Under the pieces are notes generated by a model. It was not told where the DNA came from, made no database searches, and saw only the letters and a list, made by a program, of their open reading frames with translations. From Eledone cirrhosa (Eukaryota): a stretch of DNA of 64,000 bases. This document shows, in pieces, positions 1 through 10,300 of the stretch. Every line of letters starts with the position of its first letter. Position 1 is the stretch's first letter. The position numbers and the translations under genes are program-made. The DNA is taken from assembly GCA_964016885.1 (NCBI GenBank), contig OZ024740.1, positions 405,046,001 through 405,110,000 of the forward strand, written 5' to 3'.

Positions 1-86
1 GGACGTTAAACGTTGATGATGATGATGATACAATTTGTTTTATTAGATCATCATCATCTTCGTTTAACGTCCATCTTCCACGCTAG
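1..86. mobile_element. Two opposed 3' ends of RTE-type LINE/SINE tails with (GAT)n / (CAT)n microsatellite tails
   Basis: ggacgttaaacg(ttgat)(gat)n at 1-29. The reverse-orientation copy (cat)n-cttcgtttaacgtccatcttccacgctag at 48-86 resembles the LINE 3' terminus at 6014-6050. Confidence 0.65.
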
Positions 87-434
87 ATTAAATATGTAAG
101 GATGGTTGGGGTGGGCACAGTGATACCCCTCCCCCACCCCACCCCACTCTCACCCCTTGGTGATAGACCTGATTCATACATAGTTCGTTAGTATTGAAAT
201 TAATTAAATATTAAAAAAAAAAAGCTCTTGCTCTAACAATTTACTTAATATCTGAGTTTTCAAAGCAATTTAACACATGATAGTATATAAACATGATGGT
301 AAGTTTGTTACATGCTAGTAATATATTCTATATAGATTGCTATTGTTTGCTACAACCTAAACTGGACAACTCAACAAGTCAGCTTGTATATAGATACTTG
401 ACTTTCTAGGGATAGCAGTCAAATTCGAGTCACT

Positions 435-580
435 CATCATCATCATTTAACATCCATTTTTCATGCTAACATGGGTTAGACGGGTTGTCCCATTAGAGGC
501 AAGTTGGATCTGGTGGTCATGTCTTCCTCATATTCTGGCTAGGTTTCTATGGCTGGATGACCTTCCTAACGCCAACCACA
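435..580 (-). mobile_element. RTE-type 3' tail fragment (LINE 3' UTR or SINE tail)
   Basis: (cat)n-ttaacatcc...catgggttagacggg...tttctatggctggatgaccttcctaacgccaacc aligns by eye with the LINE 3' UTR at 6014-6166. Confidence 0.75.
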
Positions 581-1546
581 TGGGATACATTGGGTAATAT
601 ATCTGGATCTAAAGAGAAGCTTCTTCCATACCACTGTGGAATCAATGTTATTGTACAGATCCACATGTTGGACACTCACAAGACACCTAGAGGCAAGACT
701 TGGTGATGATTACACCTACATGTTATGAGCCATTCTGAATATCTCTTGAAAAGAGTATCCAACTAGACAAAGACTATTGACATCATTACAGAAAAATTGT
801 CATACAGAGAGGGAAACGTTTTGCAAGACATTGCAGTAGAACTTAGCAAGAACTCTTTACTGATATACTATGGTCACCACAATAAGAATATACATGGGTC
901 ACCTGTCCAGAAAAACTTTCACTGACCTGCTCTGTTACTCTGACATTTCAAACATTATGTGGGAGCAAGATAGGTGACTAATATGACCTAAACAACGTAA
1001 GTGTAAATAGAAATCTAAAAAGCTATGTTACCTCTCTCATAATTTTTTCTTTTACCACATAGTCAGGAAGAAAAAGGTAATGCTTATTTATGACACTATT
1101 TTTTTAGAGCCTCCTAGACCGGTTGAAAGAAGGGAGAAAGTTATCTTCAAACTGAAGTCCTAGCCCAAATGCTTGCTCTGTTGCAATTGAGAGAGTGATG
1201 TTAATTCTCTACTAAAATATATATATATATATGTTTCTATATCAATTAGTCAAGACGAGTAATGAGATAAAACAGGTGAATCTAGTAATGGCATTTATTA
1301 ATGTAGCAACTTATATTTAATGTAAACTATATGCAATATCTATTATCTGTCTAATTGCTGGGTGTGGCATCTACTGATATATATGTATATAAACAACCAG
1401 ATGCAATCAGCTATGGTTTTGGTTTTTATATTCATAGAAAATTATGTATTCAAAATATATTTCCAACTATAATCATTATCTTTTCTGTTCAGACCTGGTG
1501 TATATAAGAGAGAATGATTTTATTTTCTGTAACACCTTGTTCACAC

Positions 1547-1850
1547 CATTATCATTATATCTGTTTTTTCATGCTTGGATGGGTTAGATGAATCCTCTCC
1601 AGTATAGCATCTATTCACTTGTTTCTTTCTATTGTAATCTCCTTTGCGGTTCAGTTTCTTGAGATCAGTTTTCACCAACTCTACACATGCTTTTCTTGGC
1701 CTTCCTTTTCCATGGCTTTCTTCCATTCAGGACTTCTGTTATTTCCCCTCATATACATAATCCATATACATTACATGTCTGTACCAGTGCAACCTTCTCT
1801 CCTGCTACACTCCTCTTATGCAAAGTTTTTCTCTCAGCTTCATTGCGCAC
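1547..1850 (-). mobile_element. Short, degraded RTE LINE 3' end
   Basis: Minus ORF 1541-1726 contains GKGRPRKACVELVKTDL, the RTE C-terminal GRPRKTW-type motif. The tail catgcttggatgggttagatg resembles the other RTE tails. Confidence 0.6.
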
Positions 1851-2318
1851 TCTCTCTCTATCTGTCCCTGTCTTTCTGCCTGTTTCTTTCTTTCTGTCTC
1901 TCTCTCTCTCTCATTATCAGTAGTTTTAAGATAGAATCATGCCTCGATCTAATGTATCTATCTGTTTTTGGAAACTGTAGGATGTTTTAGAAATAGATTC
2001 TGCTCCTCAGTAATGAGGCTCTTGCTGTAAACAATATTGTTTATCTCATCAGTCAAGTTGACACACTAGGGAGTGGCTTATTTGCTATTTCACAGTATGT
2101 ATAATAGATTCATTTCAGATTAGCTTTTATCTTAGATCTGCAGCACCCTTTTATTGCTTGATAAACATTGTTCCATTTATGCATTGATGTACAAGCATTG
2201 ATGTTCAACGATTAGCTTTACTTTTAAAATGATTGCCCTTGCAATTCTGTTTCCATAATTGCCCACTAATTAAAATGTGATTGTTTACAAGTTATTTGAA
2301 TGGGAATTAGATAACTGC

Positions 2319-2544
2319 TTAACTCCTTAGTATTTACATTCCTCTGTATTTACTATTGTATTTTCGCAGCATGGGCTTTACCTCGCATAATTATTTCACA
2401 TAATATCGAATCTATGAGACTTTGGTATTATTTATTTTGTGAACAATACCTTAATGTCAGTATGAGTGGCTGGTTATGGCCAGTTTGAACAGAAAGAGGT
2501 GAGATTTCTGGCGGATATGGCCGGTTTAAATGGTAAATGGGTAA
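2319..2544. mobile_element. piggyBac-type MITE, copy A
   Basis: Ends are TTAActccttagtatt ... aatggtaaatgggTAA, i.e. degenerate TIRs with a TTAA-type target site. The internal sequence is the reverse complement of 2623-2813. Confidence 0.65.
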
Positions 2545-2622
2545 AGCAAGGTAAAAGAAGTACAGAAATGTCCAGCAGGAATAACAGATGCTTCTAAACA
2601 TTTTCACTTGCTAGATCAATGC

Positions 2623-2813
2623 TTAACCTTTTAGCATTTAAACCATCCATATCTGGCATGTAACTGGCTGCTCATACTGACGTTAAGGTATTGTTCTCAA
2701 AATAATTAACATCAAAATCTTGTATATTCAATATTATGTGAAATAATTATGAGGTAAAGCCTTTATCACAAAATACAATAGTTTATAGAGTAATGTAAAT
2801 GTTAAAGGGTTAA
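2623..2813. mobile_element. piggyBac-type MITE, copy B, inverted relative to copy A
   Basis: Ends are TTAAccttttagcatt ... aatgttaaagggTTAA. The internal segment ctcatactgacgttaaggtattgttc is the near reverse complement of gaacaataccttaatgtcagtatgag in copy A. Confidence 0.7.
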
Positions 2814-3004
2814 AGTTGCTTTATATATTGTTTTGCCAATTAAATTAAATTGGACAATTAGAAGATTAATGATATTATGATAAGAAAACTATTAATGAAA
2901 CACCCACTCATTGGATTAAAATGTATGGAAGGATGATAGATTATTTTAGCCTGTCCAACCATTTATGATGTTGAAATCATTGCTGTAGATTTCATTAAAC
3001 ATTT

Positions 3005-3208
3005 TTAAACCCTTTCATTACTATATTATTAATGAAAAGCAGAGTATTTGACTTAATTAAAAAAATTAGAGAGATTTACTAAAATTATATCATTGATGGT
3101 ATTTGTAACATAACAAAAGGTAAAGATATGTTGGAAGGAATTTAATGAGTGGTTTTGTTTCATAGAGCCAGAAGGCAGTTTTAAATGGGCTGGTATCAAA
3201 AGGGTTAA
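3005..3208. mobile_element. piggyBac-type MITE, second family
   Basis: Ends are TTAAaccctttcattac ... gtatcaaaagggTTAA. A related copy in the opposite orientation lies at 15749-15944. Confidence 0.6.
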
Positions 3209-3417
3209 AATAATTCATTATTTTAACATCTATTTTTTTTTCTATAATAGAATGGGTTGGACACGGACTTTTTGAGGCAGCATTCTACTGAATGCTCTTC
3301 CTAATGTTAGCTATTATTTTTAAGTAAGCTACTGATCTTCACATGACAAACCACTGAAGTGCAAGAATTTTTGTTTATTCAGAATATAAACATACAACTA
3401 GCAATGTCAGATGCGAA

Positions 3418-3515
3418 ACACACATGCATGCACACACACATGTACATGCACACACACATGCACATGTACACACACATGCACATGTACACATATATGTGCA
3501 TGCACACATACACAC
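3418..3515. repeat. Compound (CA)n/(CATG)-type microsatellite, tail of the adjacent SINE
   Basis: acacacatgcatgcacacacacatgtac... purine-pyrimidine alternation. Confidence 0.85.
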
Positions 3516-3680
3516 TGGGCTTCATGCAGTTTTCATTTAATAAGGCATTGGTTGTCATGATGCTATAGCAGCTACTTGCCCAAGGTGCTACAGAAGCTAC
3601 TTGCCCAAGGTGCTACACAATATGATAGAACCTGGAACTGTTCTTGTGATGCAAGCTTCTTAACCACAGAGCTATGTCAG
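3515..3680 (-). mobile_element. tRNA-derived SINE (degenerate) with a CORE-like 'ccttgggcaagt' motif and an internal 25-bp tandem duplication
   Basis: The minus strand reads tagctctgtggttaag (A-box-like), then ggttctatc (B-box-like), then gcaccttgggcaagt twice, then gaagcccagtgtgtatg running into the microsatellite. Confidence 0.7.
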
Positions 3681-3867
3681 CAGGTGTACATGAGAAAACA
3701 GGAACAGGTTTTGTAAAGTACACAGAGGAAGGATAAAAACAATAAATCGAATAAACAAAAATTAATTTTTAAAAATCTACCTTTTTAAACTGAATAAAAA
3801 TCAAGATACTAACCATATGTATCTGGTTTAGAATAAGGATACAATATCCCTGCATCTTTTAAGTGAC

Positions 3868-3960
3868 TTAAAGGGTCATCTGGCTGTAAAAATTTGCCTC
3901 AAGAAATCCTGTCCAACCCATGCCAGCATGGACAAGTCAAAGTAAAAAGGATGATGATGC
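3868..3960 (+). mobile_element. RTE-type 3' tail fragment
   Basis: aagggtcatctggctgtaaaaa...ccaacccatgccagcatggac...(gat)n, the same tail family as 13795-13880. Confidence 0.65.
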
Positions 3961-4679
3961 TAGTAAATGAAGCCATGTCTTAAAGATGGAAAAACCGAAA
4001 ATACATTTGTACTTAGTTCCATGCTTTTAACTTCAGCATAGATTTATTCTTAAATTGAAGGAAAACTCTTCAGAGAGAAAAGTCATGTTTCTTATTATGT
4101 TCATTGTTTTTTGCTTTATCTTTTCTAATTTATTCTTGATCATCATTTAATTTGGCTCAAACTAATTTAAGGTATTTTCAGAACAATATCTAATTATTTC
4201 TGTGTAAGAAGGAAAAACATGAAAAATAAACCTGACCTTGATACCATTAGTGAATTATCTACATTTCTTTTTTGGTTCCTTAAATGATTATAAAATTCTT
4301 CCATTCTTCTATTAATGAATGAAAATCTGATTCTGGCCTTTATTGGAAATCGTTAGTTAAAATATTTCTTTTTCCTTTTCTTTTTGCCTCATTCCTAAAT
4401 GTTAAACTTGAAGAATATGTAGCTACTAATGACTTCATCTGAACACTCCCTTACCAGGTCTTGCTCAGTTTTCTAATTGCTTCACTGAAGAATATTCAAC
4501 AAGCCAACCTCCTTTCTCCTTATCAGTTCACACTTCCACACACACTTATTGATTGATATTTTTGTCTTGTTCTTCCATCACTATCTCCTCTGAAAATTCA
4601 ATCCTGACTTTTGAACTACCTTCTATAACAATAGAAAACTACCTGGAATTATGCCAGGTTATTTCCTTTCATTTACTTT

Positions 4680-4710
<31 letters not shown>

Positions 4711-5291
4711 GGTATTAGTATTTTTGTTTGATTTATTATTTTCACCTCCTTTGTAAAACAATTCTTAGATTTTATTCACATGTATGCACATACCTGCCCA
4801 TACATGTATTTATACATGTTTTCTCATAGGTTTATTTATGTGGAATCAATGATGGTGTATTTATATGTACATACACATGCTAGAATGTGTGTATACATGT
4901 ACTTCAGCAGAACAAGCAGTGAATTCTCTAAAAAAACAAAATAGTATGTTATTTTTCTCTTTCACTTTTAATTTTAAGCAATCTTCAAATTCCATATATA
5001 TATTAATTTTATGCTTTATTAACTATAGAATTTTTTTTTTTTTTTTTTTTTGTCATAATTTCATAGTATAAAATCAAACTATGGGGTGGTGCACTTTAGA
5101 GGAATAAATAGCCTTATTGAAACTATAAATTCTATCTCTTTCACAACTACCTCATGAGAATAATGAAAATTACCATTTTCTTCAAAGTAATTATTGAATG
5201 TCAATTTAGAAAATTAATACACTTCAGTCTTGAAGTGCAAAGGTATCTGAATGGGCACAACATTTTCAAAGCTGTAACAAGTTTCAATTAC

Positions 5292-5295
<4 letters not shown>

Positions 5296-5341
<46 letters not shown>

Positions 5342-5690
5342 TAAATGGAAACTATATTTATAAAACCATAATTATTTTATTATATATATTTCAAGGGCAA
5401 CCAAGGCAGTTTTGGTGCGCTTTCATCAGATAAAATACAAAATTTGTTTTATAAATGTTGACATACCCGTAGAAAAACAACCTTGAAGGTTCGCTGGATA
5501 GTCAAAAACTGCCTTGGTTGCCCTTGAAATATATATAATAAAATAATTATGGTTTTATAAATATAGTTTTCATTTATTAATATATTGAATATTTACTCCA
5601 GTTATTTGAGTGCTTTATATCAGTTATAAAACTTTTAAGCTTGTTGAATCCCAACAAATTAAATATAACTTCTGCATATATATATATATA
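5296..5690. mobile_element. Probable Penelope-like element remnant with ~80-bp inverted repeats, between (TA)n tracts
   Basis: Near-perfect inverted repeat 5334-5413 / 5505-5584. (TA)n tracts at 5296-5338 and 5676-5690. Degenerate hammerhead-like motif at 5478-5520. Confidence 0.5.
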
Positions 5691-5720
5691 AGATTTCGCT
5701 TCAAGCATAGCTTTATACAA

Positions 5721-6013
5721 ATATGTATAGAAATTTCATATTTCTAAAGAAACACGGTTTTAGGAAGCCGTAGCTATGCAAACACCGGGGCTAACACCCT
5801 CTGGTGGTGTTCAGCAGAAGCAAGGGGGACAACCATCTATGATTAATCTCATTTGCATATGAAGCTGCATAAGTTGGCTCAACTTATAATAGAATAGACA
5901 GTCGTCCCCGTTGCTACTGCTGGACACGACCAGAGGGTGTTAACCCCGGTGTTTGCATAGCTACGGCTTCCTAAAACCGTGTTTCTTTAGAAATACAAAA
6001 TTTCTATACATAT
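5721..6013. repeat. Long palindrome (~115-bp arms), foldback/MITE-like or inverted pLTR
   Basis: atatgtatagaaattt...tttctaaagaaacacggttt...gtagctatgcaaacaccggg...ccctctggt (5721-5835) is the reverse complement of 5899-6013 with few mismatches. Confidence 0.85.
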
Positions 6014-7968
6014 CATCACCGTTTTACGTCCGTTCTTCCACACTAGCATGGGTTAGACGGGTTATCCTGTTGTAGGCAGTGTCCGGTCGGCTGACCATGC
6101 CTTGCTCATACGGGAACTGATTCTGACTTGATTTCTACAGCTGGATGCCCTTCCTAACACAAACCTCATTTACAGTGAGTGCTGGGTGCTTTTTTTCATG
6201 GTGCCTACACTGTCCACTTCACAGTGTGGGCTGGATACTTTTTTGCCGTGGCACCTCCATGACCACTTTGCAGTGAGAGGGTGTTGGGGCATATTGTCTA
6301 TATGCTTCAGCTTCAGCTTGTACTCGTGGGGGGTCGGGTCTTCTGTATTACTGCGTGACACCAGAGGTCACGGTCGTGTGTCATCGCCTTTGAGAGGTGT
6401 AATTGGGTAAGGTCGGCCTTTATCACCTCATCCCAGGTCTTCCTTAATCACCTCATCCCAGGTCTTCTTGCATCTCCCCACTCTGCAGTTTCCATCGACT
6501 TCTAGTGCTCTGCACCTTTTTATGCAGCTGTCATCCTTCATACACATCACATGTCCATACCAATGCAACTGCTTCTCCTGCACACAGCATTTGATTCCTC
6601 TTATGCTCAGTCTCTCTCTCAATTCATTTATGCTTTGCCGTTCTCGTATATTACTATTACACATCCATCGGAGCATGCAGGCTTTGTTTCTTTCTAATCT
6701 ACGCAAGTCTTCTGAAGACAGCGCCCAGGTCTCACTACCATGTAACATTGCTATTCGTATACATGTATCATTCAGTCTGCCTTTCATTTTGAGGGACAAG
6801 CCTTTTGCAGCTAGCAGTGGCAGTAGCTCCCTGAACTTCTTCCATCCCGTTCTTACCCTAGTTATTGTACTTTCTGAACACCCACCTCCGCTGCTAATTC
6901 GGTCACCTAGGTAGCAGAAGCTGTCTACTGTTTCTACAGAGCCCTCCCAGAGTTTGGTGGTACTTGTTTCCTGTGGCTGTCTGCTGCTTGCTGTCCTAGC
7001 ACAGCTGCTACATGTGAAGCCTACATTCTTAGTTAAGCTTCCTGAGATCCCGCTACATCTCTTGTGTACCCATTGTTTGCATTTGGGGCAGAGAATGGAG
7101 TTCTTACCTACACCTTTCCTACATACTGAGCAAGGCCATTTCCCTGAGGGGTTCTGGGTTCTGTTTTCTCGTCTACTTACAAGGACCTTAGTCTTTGTCA
7201 TGTTGACTTTAAGACCCTTTCTTTCTAGTCCCTGCTTCCAAGTTTGGAATTTCTTCTCTAGTTCTACCATAGATTCAGCTATAAGTGCAAGGTCATCATC
7301 ATACAGGAGTTCCCATGGGCATCCGGTCTTAAACTCCTCCGTTATTGCCTGCAGAACTATGATGAACAGGAGAAGGCTAAGAACAGAGCGCTGGTCGACA
7401 CCAACCTGTATGCTAAATTCCTCGCTATAGTCATTGCTAATCCTAACTTTGCTGACTGCTCCCCTATACATGGCTTGTACAGCTTTCACAAGCCATTCAT
7501 CTACTCCTAGTTTTCTAAGAGCCCACCAGATTATAGCATGGGGAACTCTGTCAAAGGCTTTCTCGAGATCGACGAATGTCACGTAGAGCGGCTTACTTTT
7601 AGCTAGGTACTTTTGCTGTAACTGCCTCACAAGGAAGAGGGCATCAGTGGTGCCTCTTCCTGGCACAAACCCAAATTGCATCTCGTCTAGTTTCACCCGG
7701 TTCCTAATCAACTGTGCTATAACTCTTTGTTACTTTCATGACCTGGTCCATCAGCTTTATACCTTTATAGTTTCCTCTATCTAATGCATCACCTTTACCT
7801 TTGTAGCAGTTGACAATGATGCTATTGCACCAATCCTTTGGTATGACACCTTCTAGTATTACCTGGTTAACAATACGTGTGGTTATGGTGTGACCTACCG
7901 AACCAGATGCCTTCAGCATCTCGGCAGCTATACCCGATGGACCGGTTGCCTTCCCCTTCTTCATATCT
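6013..7968 (-). mobile_element. 5'-truncated RTE-clade LINE (non-LTR retrotransposon)
   Basis: Carries RT-coding ORFs, a ~300-bp 3' region and a short (GAT)-like tail at 6013-6019. The 5' truncation abuts (TA)n at about 7968. Confidence 0.93.
6300..7964 (-). pseudogene. Disrupted RTE reverse transcriptase ORF with PHD-like zinc-finger insert
   Basis: Motifs: MKKGKATGPSGI, KGKGD..NYKGIKL, QFGFVPGRGTTDA, FVDLEKAFDRV, GVDQRSVLS (degenerate GVxQGSxLS), LYDDD (YADD mutated), F.YLG, HGSETW, KTW. There is a frameshift near 7710-7730 and a second one caused by a 25-bp duplication at 6422-6467. Confidence 0.92.
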
Positions 7969-7977
7969 TATATATAT

Positions 7978-8208
7978 ATGCAAGAGATGTCAACATGAAT
8001 GGACATGGTATTTTTATCTAAAGACATTTTTTTCCAATTCCAACCCGTCCGTCCCCTCAATCTTATTTCTCATTCTTTCTTCTGATGGACTAGCATCTGA
8101 AACGTTAAGACCCTCTTCCTGCTATTTCAAGCGTTAACCTAATATATCCCTTCCATATACCGATTGTGTTTTTAATTCTGTTTACCTTTTACATATATAT
8201 ATATATAT
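7978..8208 (+). mobile_element. Probable Penelope-like pLTR fragment between (TA)n tracts
   Basis: Contains the minimal hammerhead-like motif at 8078-8110 and is bounded by (TA)n at 7969-7979 and 8193-8208. Confidence 0.5.
8078..8110 (+). ncRNA. Degenerate minimal type I hammerhead ribozyme motif (Penelope-type)
   Basis: TCTT-CTGATG-GACTAGCATCT-GAAAC-GTT-AAGA. Stem I is TCTT/AAGA and stem III is the palindromic AACGTT. The CUGANGA core lacks its A9. Confidence 0.55.
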
Positions 8209-8507
8209 CAGAACTATTTTTATATCTCAAACATTTTGCTATGTAATGACAAGATATCAAATGAAATGTTTTTTGATAGAGCTAGACATAGACAGTTTGC
8301 TGTCTAACTTCATGCGGTTAATAAAAATGTTCATTTTCTTCCAAGTAATGAACAATTATCTTAACTGCTTTCAAAGTTAGATTTATACTATAGCTGAGAC
8401 TATATTCCATGGCTGAAACAGTAGATGTCTCTCATTCACTAATTTCTCTTTTTATTTTGATATGAACAGCCAAGCCAGTATAGGAGTCAATGTGTGATTA
8501 CTGGATA

Positions 8508-8773
8508 TAATAATAATAATGAAATTATTGTGTACAGTGCTCAGGTGCACTACAACTCATCAAAGGTGCATGTATAGTACATAGAATAATATACAAATGT
8601 CAGGGAAGTGAATAGTGTATGAGTCATGATATACATGTGTGTATGTGTATGGAGGGGGAGTATTAGGTGTAGTGTTGGCGAATCTCAGGAAGCATGGAGG
8701 TTTTAAAGGATGTAGTGTCTCGACAGCTAATAACTGATGCAGGTAGTTTGTTCCATGCTTCAGTAACTCTGAG
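8508..8773 (-). mobile_element. CR1/L2-clade LINE 3' end with (TTA)n tail
   Basis: The minus strand translates LRVTEAWNKLPASVISCRDTTSFK, matching the RVxxxWNxLP C-terminal motif of CR1/L2. (taa)n at 8508-8520. Confidence 0.75.
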
Positions 8774-10020
8774 CTAAATATAGCAGCTAAGTGTCTCTCA
8801 AATTGCATCTCACCATCTTGAAAGGTCAAAGGAAACATTTTATAATGTAGTCCTATATGAAAAATGCCTTGAAAAGAAATGAGATAGCTATGGTTGGAAT
8901 GCCTCTATCAAATTCAACCTAGGACTAGACAAACGTAAAATACTTTTTTACTCGATGATCTCTTTGTGCCTTTGTTTAACTACATTTAGATAATTAATAA
9001 ATATAGACTAAGGAACACATTCAAACTACTATTGTAGTCAATAAGCAAACATTGAAATTGATGACCAAGTTCACATATCTTGGTAACACAGCTTCAACTG
9101 AAACCAACATAGGAATGAAAAAAATCGGTTCAAAATTTAGAAAATGAACGCAGTACATCTTTAGGTATCTTAATGGAAGAAAGTTTATTTTCCAAGCTGT
9201 TATAATTTTCACCTATAAACCATATAAAGTAAACATGGCACACAGAAAAAAAAAAGCGAACTTTTTATCATGTGACTTGGCTCGGAAGAAAATTTGGATA
9301 GTTAAGTATCAAGACTATATATTGAATGAAATGGCTTTTGATAGTGCTAGCATGCATATCATACTGAAAAGTTACTGAATAAAATAAAATAGTCTAGTTA
9401 GGAATCCTGTCGTCTTATTTTGTAAGTGAATATTTTATAGCAAGTTAAGCTAAAGCAATTGATTCATTGATAGACAAAAGAAGTATTATAAAGATTCATT
9501 AAAAAGCTCAGATAGACTTTGAAATTATTACTAAAACTGCTAAGAATTAGCTTGAGAAAGATCATTCTAGCACAAACCAATTCAGACATGTTCAATGCTA
9601 AATCTATATAATAAAAAGAAGAGAGAAACCACATGTGAAAGCAATCAAGAAGAAAGCAGATACTAACACATAATGAAAAGGAAAGGTCAAGCTATTTGAA
9701 TACAATGTTTCTAAAAAAAGTTCCAAGCACAAATTGGCTTAATAACAAGCCACAGCTGAAAGAGCAGAAAATCAGCAAATACCGACAAACTGAAAAGAAA
9801 AAAAACAATGGCAAGTAAATCCAAAAATCTTCAGTGATGCATCATTGAAAATAATATAACATTATCTATTACTATTTCCTTTATGCATAAAGCCAAGTGA
9901 TTTTGAAGAGAATAGAACAGTTGATTTAAGAGATATGTATATATTGTTGGTATTGCAGTGTATCCTGGTGGGATCGAAGCCTAGGTCAAAGGTATTTTAT
10001 ATTGATGATCTATTTCTATC

Positions 10021-10300
10021 AGTGTCTTGCTCATGGACAAGGTGACACAGGGAACCAAACTAAAAATTCTTACAATTATGAGCCCAAAACCCTAACCACT
10101 AAATCACATGCCCCTCTGTATAAGGGAGGGAGTTACATTGCTCCAGTCCACTCAGCTGGCAAAAATGAGTTGCACCTGTAATCCAAAGGACCCGTCTAGT
10201 CACTCACACTGAATCTCCTTGAGAACTGCATTAAGGGTACACATGTCTGTGGAATACTCAACCACTTATATTACTTTCCTAAACCATGTCTTCCATTGTT
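10021..10300 (+). mobile_element. tRNA-derived CORE-type SINE with inverted 5' part
   Basis: 10021-10115 on the minus strand is the head (tgatttagtggttaggg...gtccatgagcaagacact). From 10135 on the plus strand the sequence continues acattgctccagtccactcagctggcaaaaatgagt. The right end is approximate. Confidence 0.8.

Noticed and set aside
1619-5363. Short ORFs (1619, 1687, 3359, 4865, 5154)
   Set aside because: They run through microsatellites, poly-T or TE remnants and give low-complexity translations with no recognisable domain.
6468-7430. Plus-strand ORFs of 148 and 158 aa
   Set aside because: These are antisense shadows of the RT coding frame.
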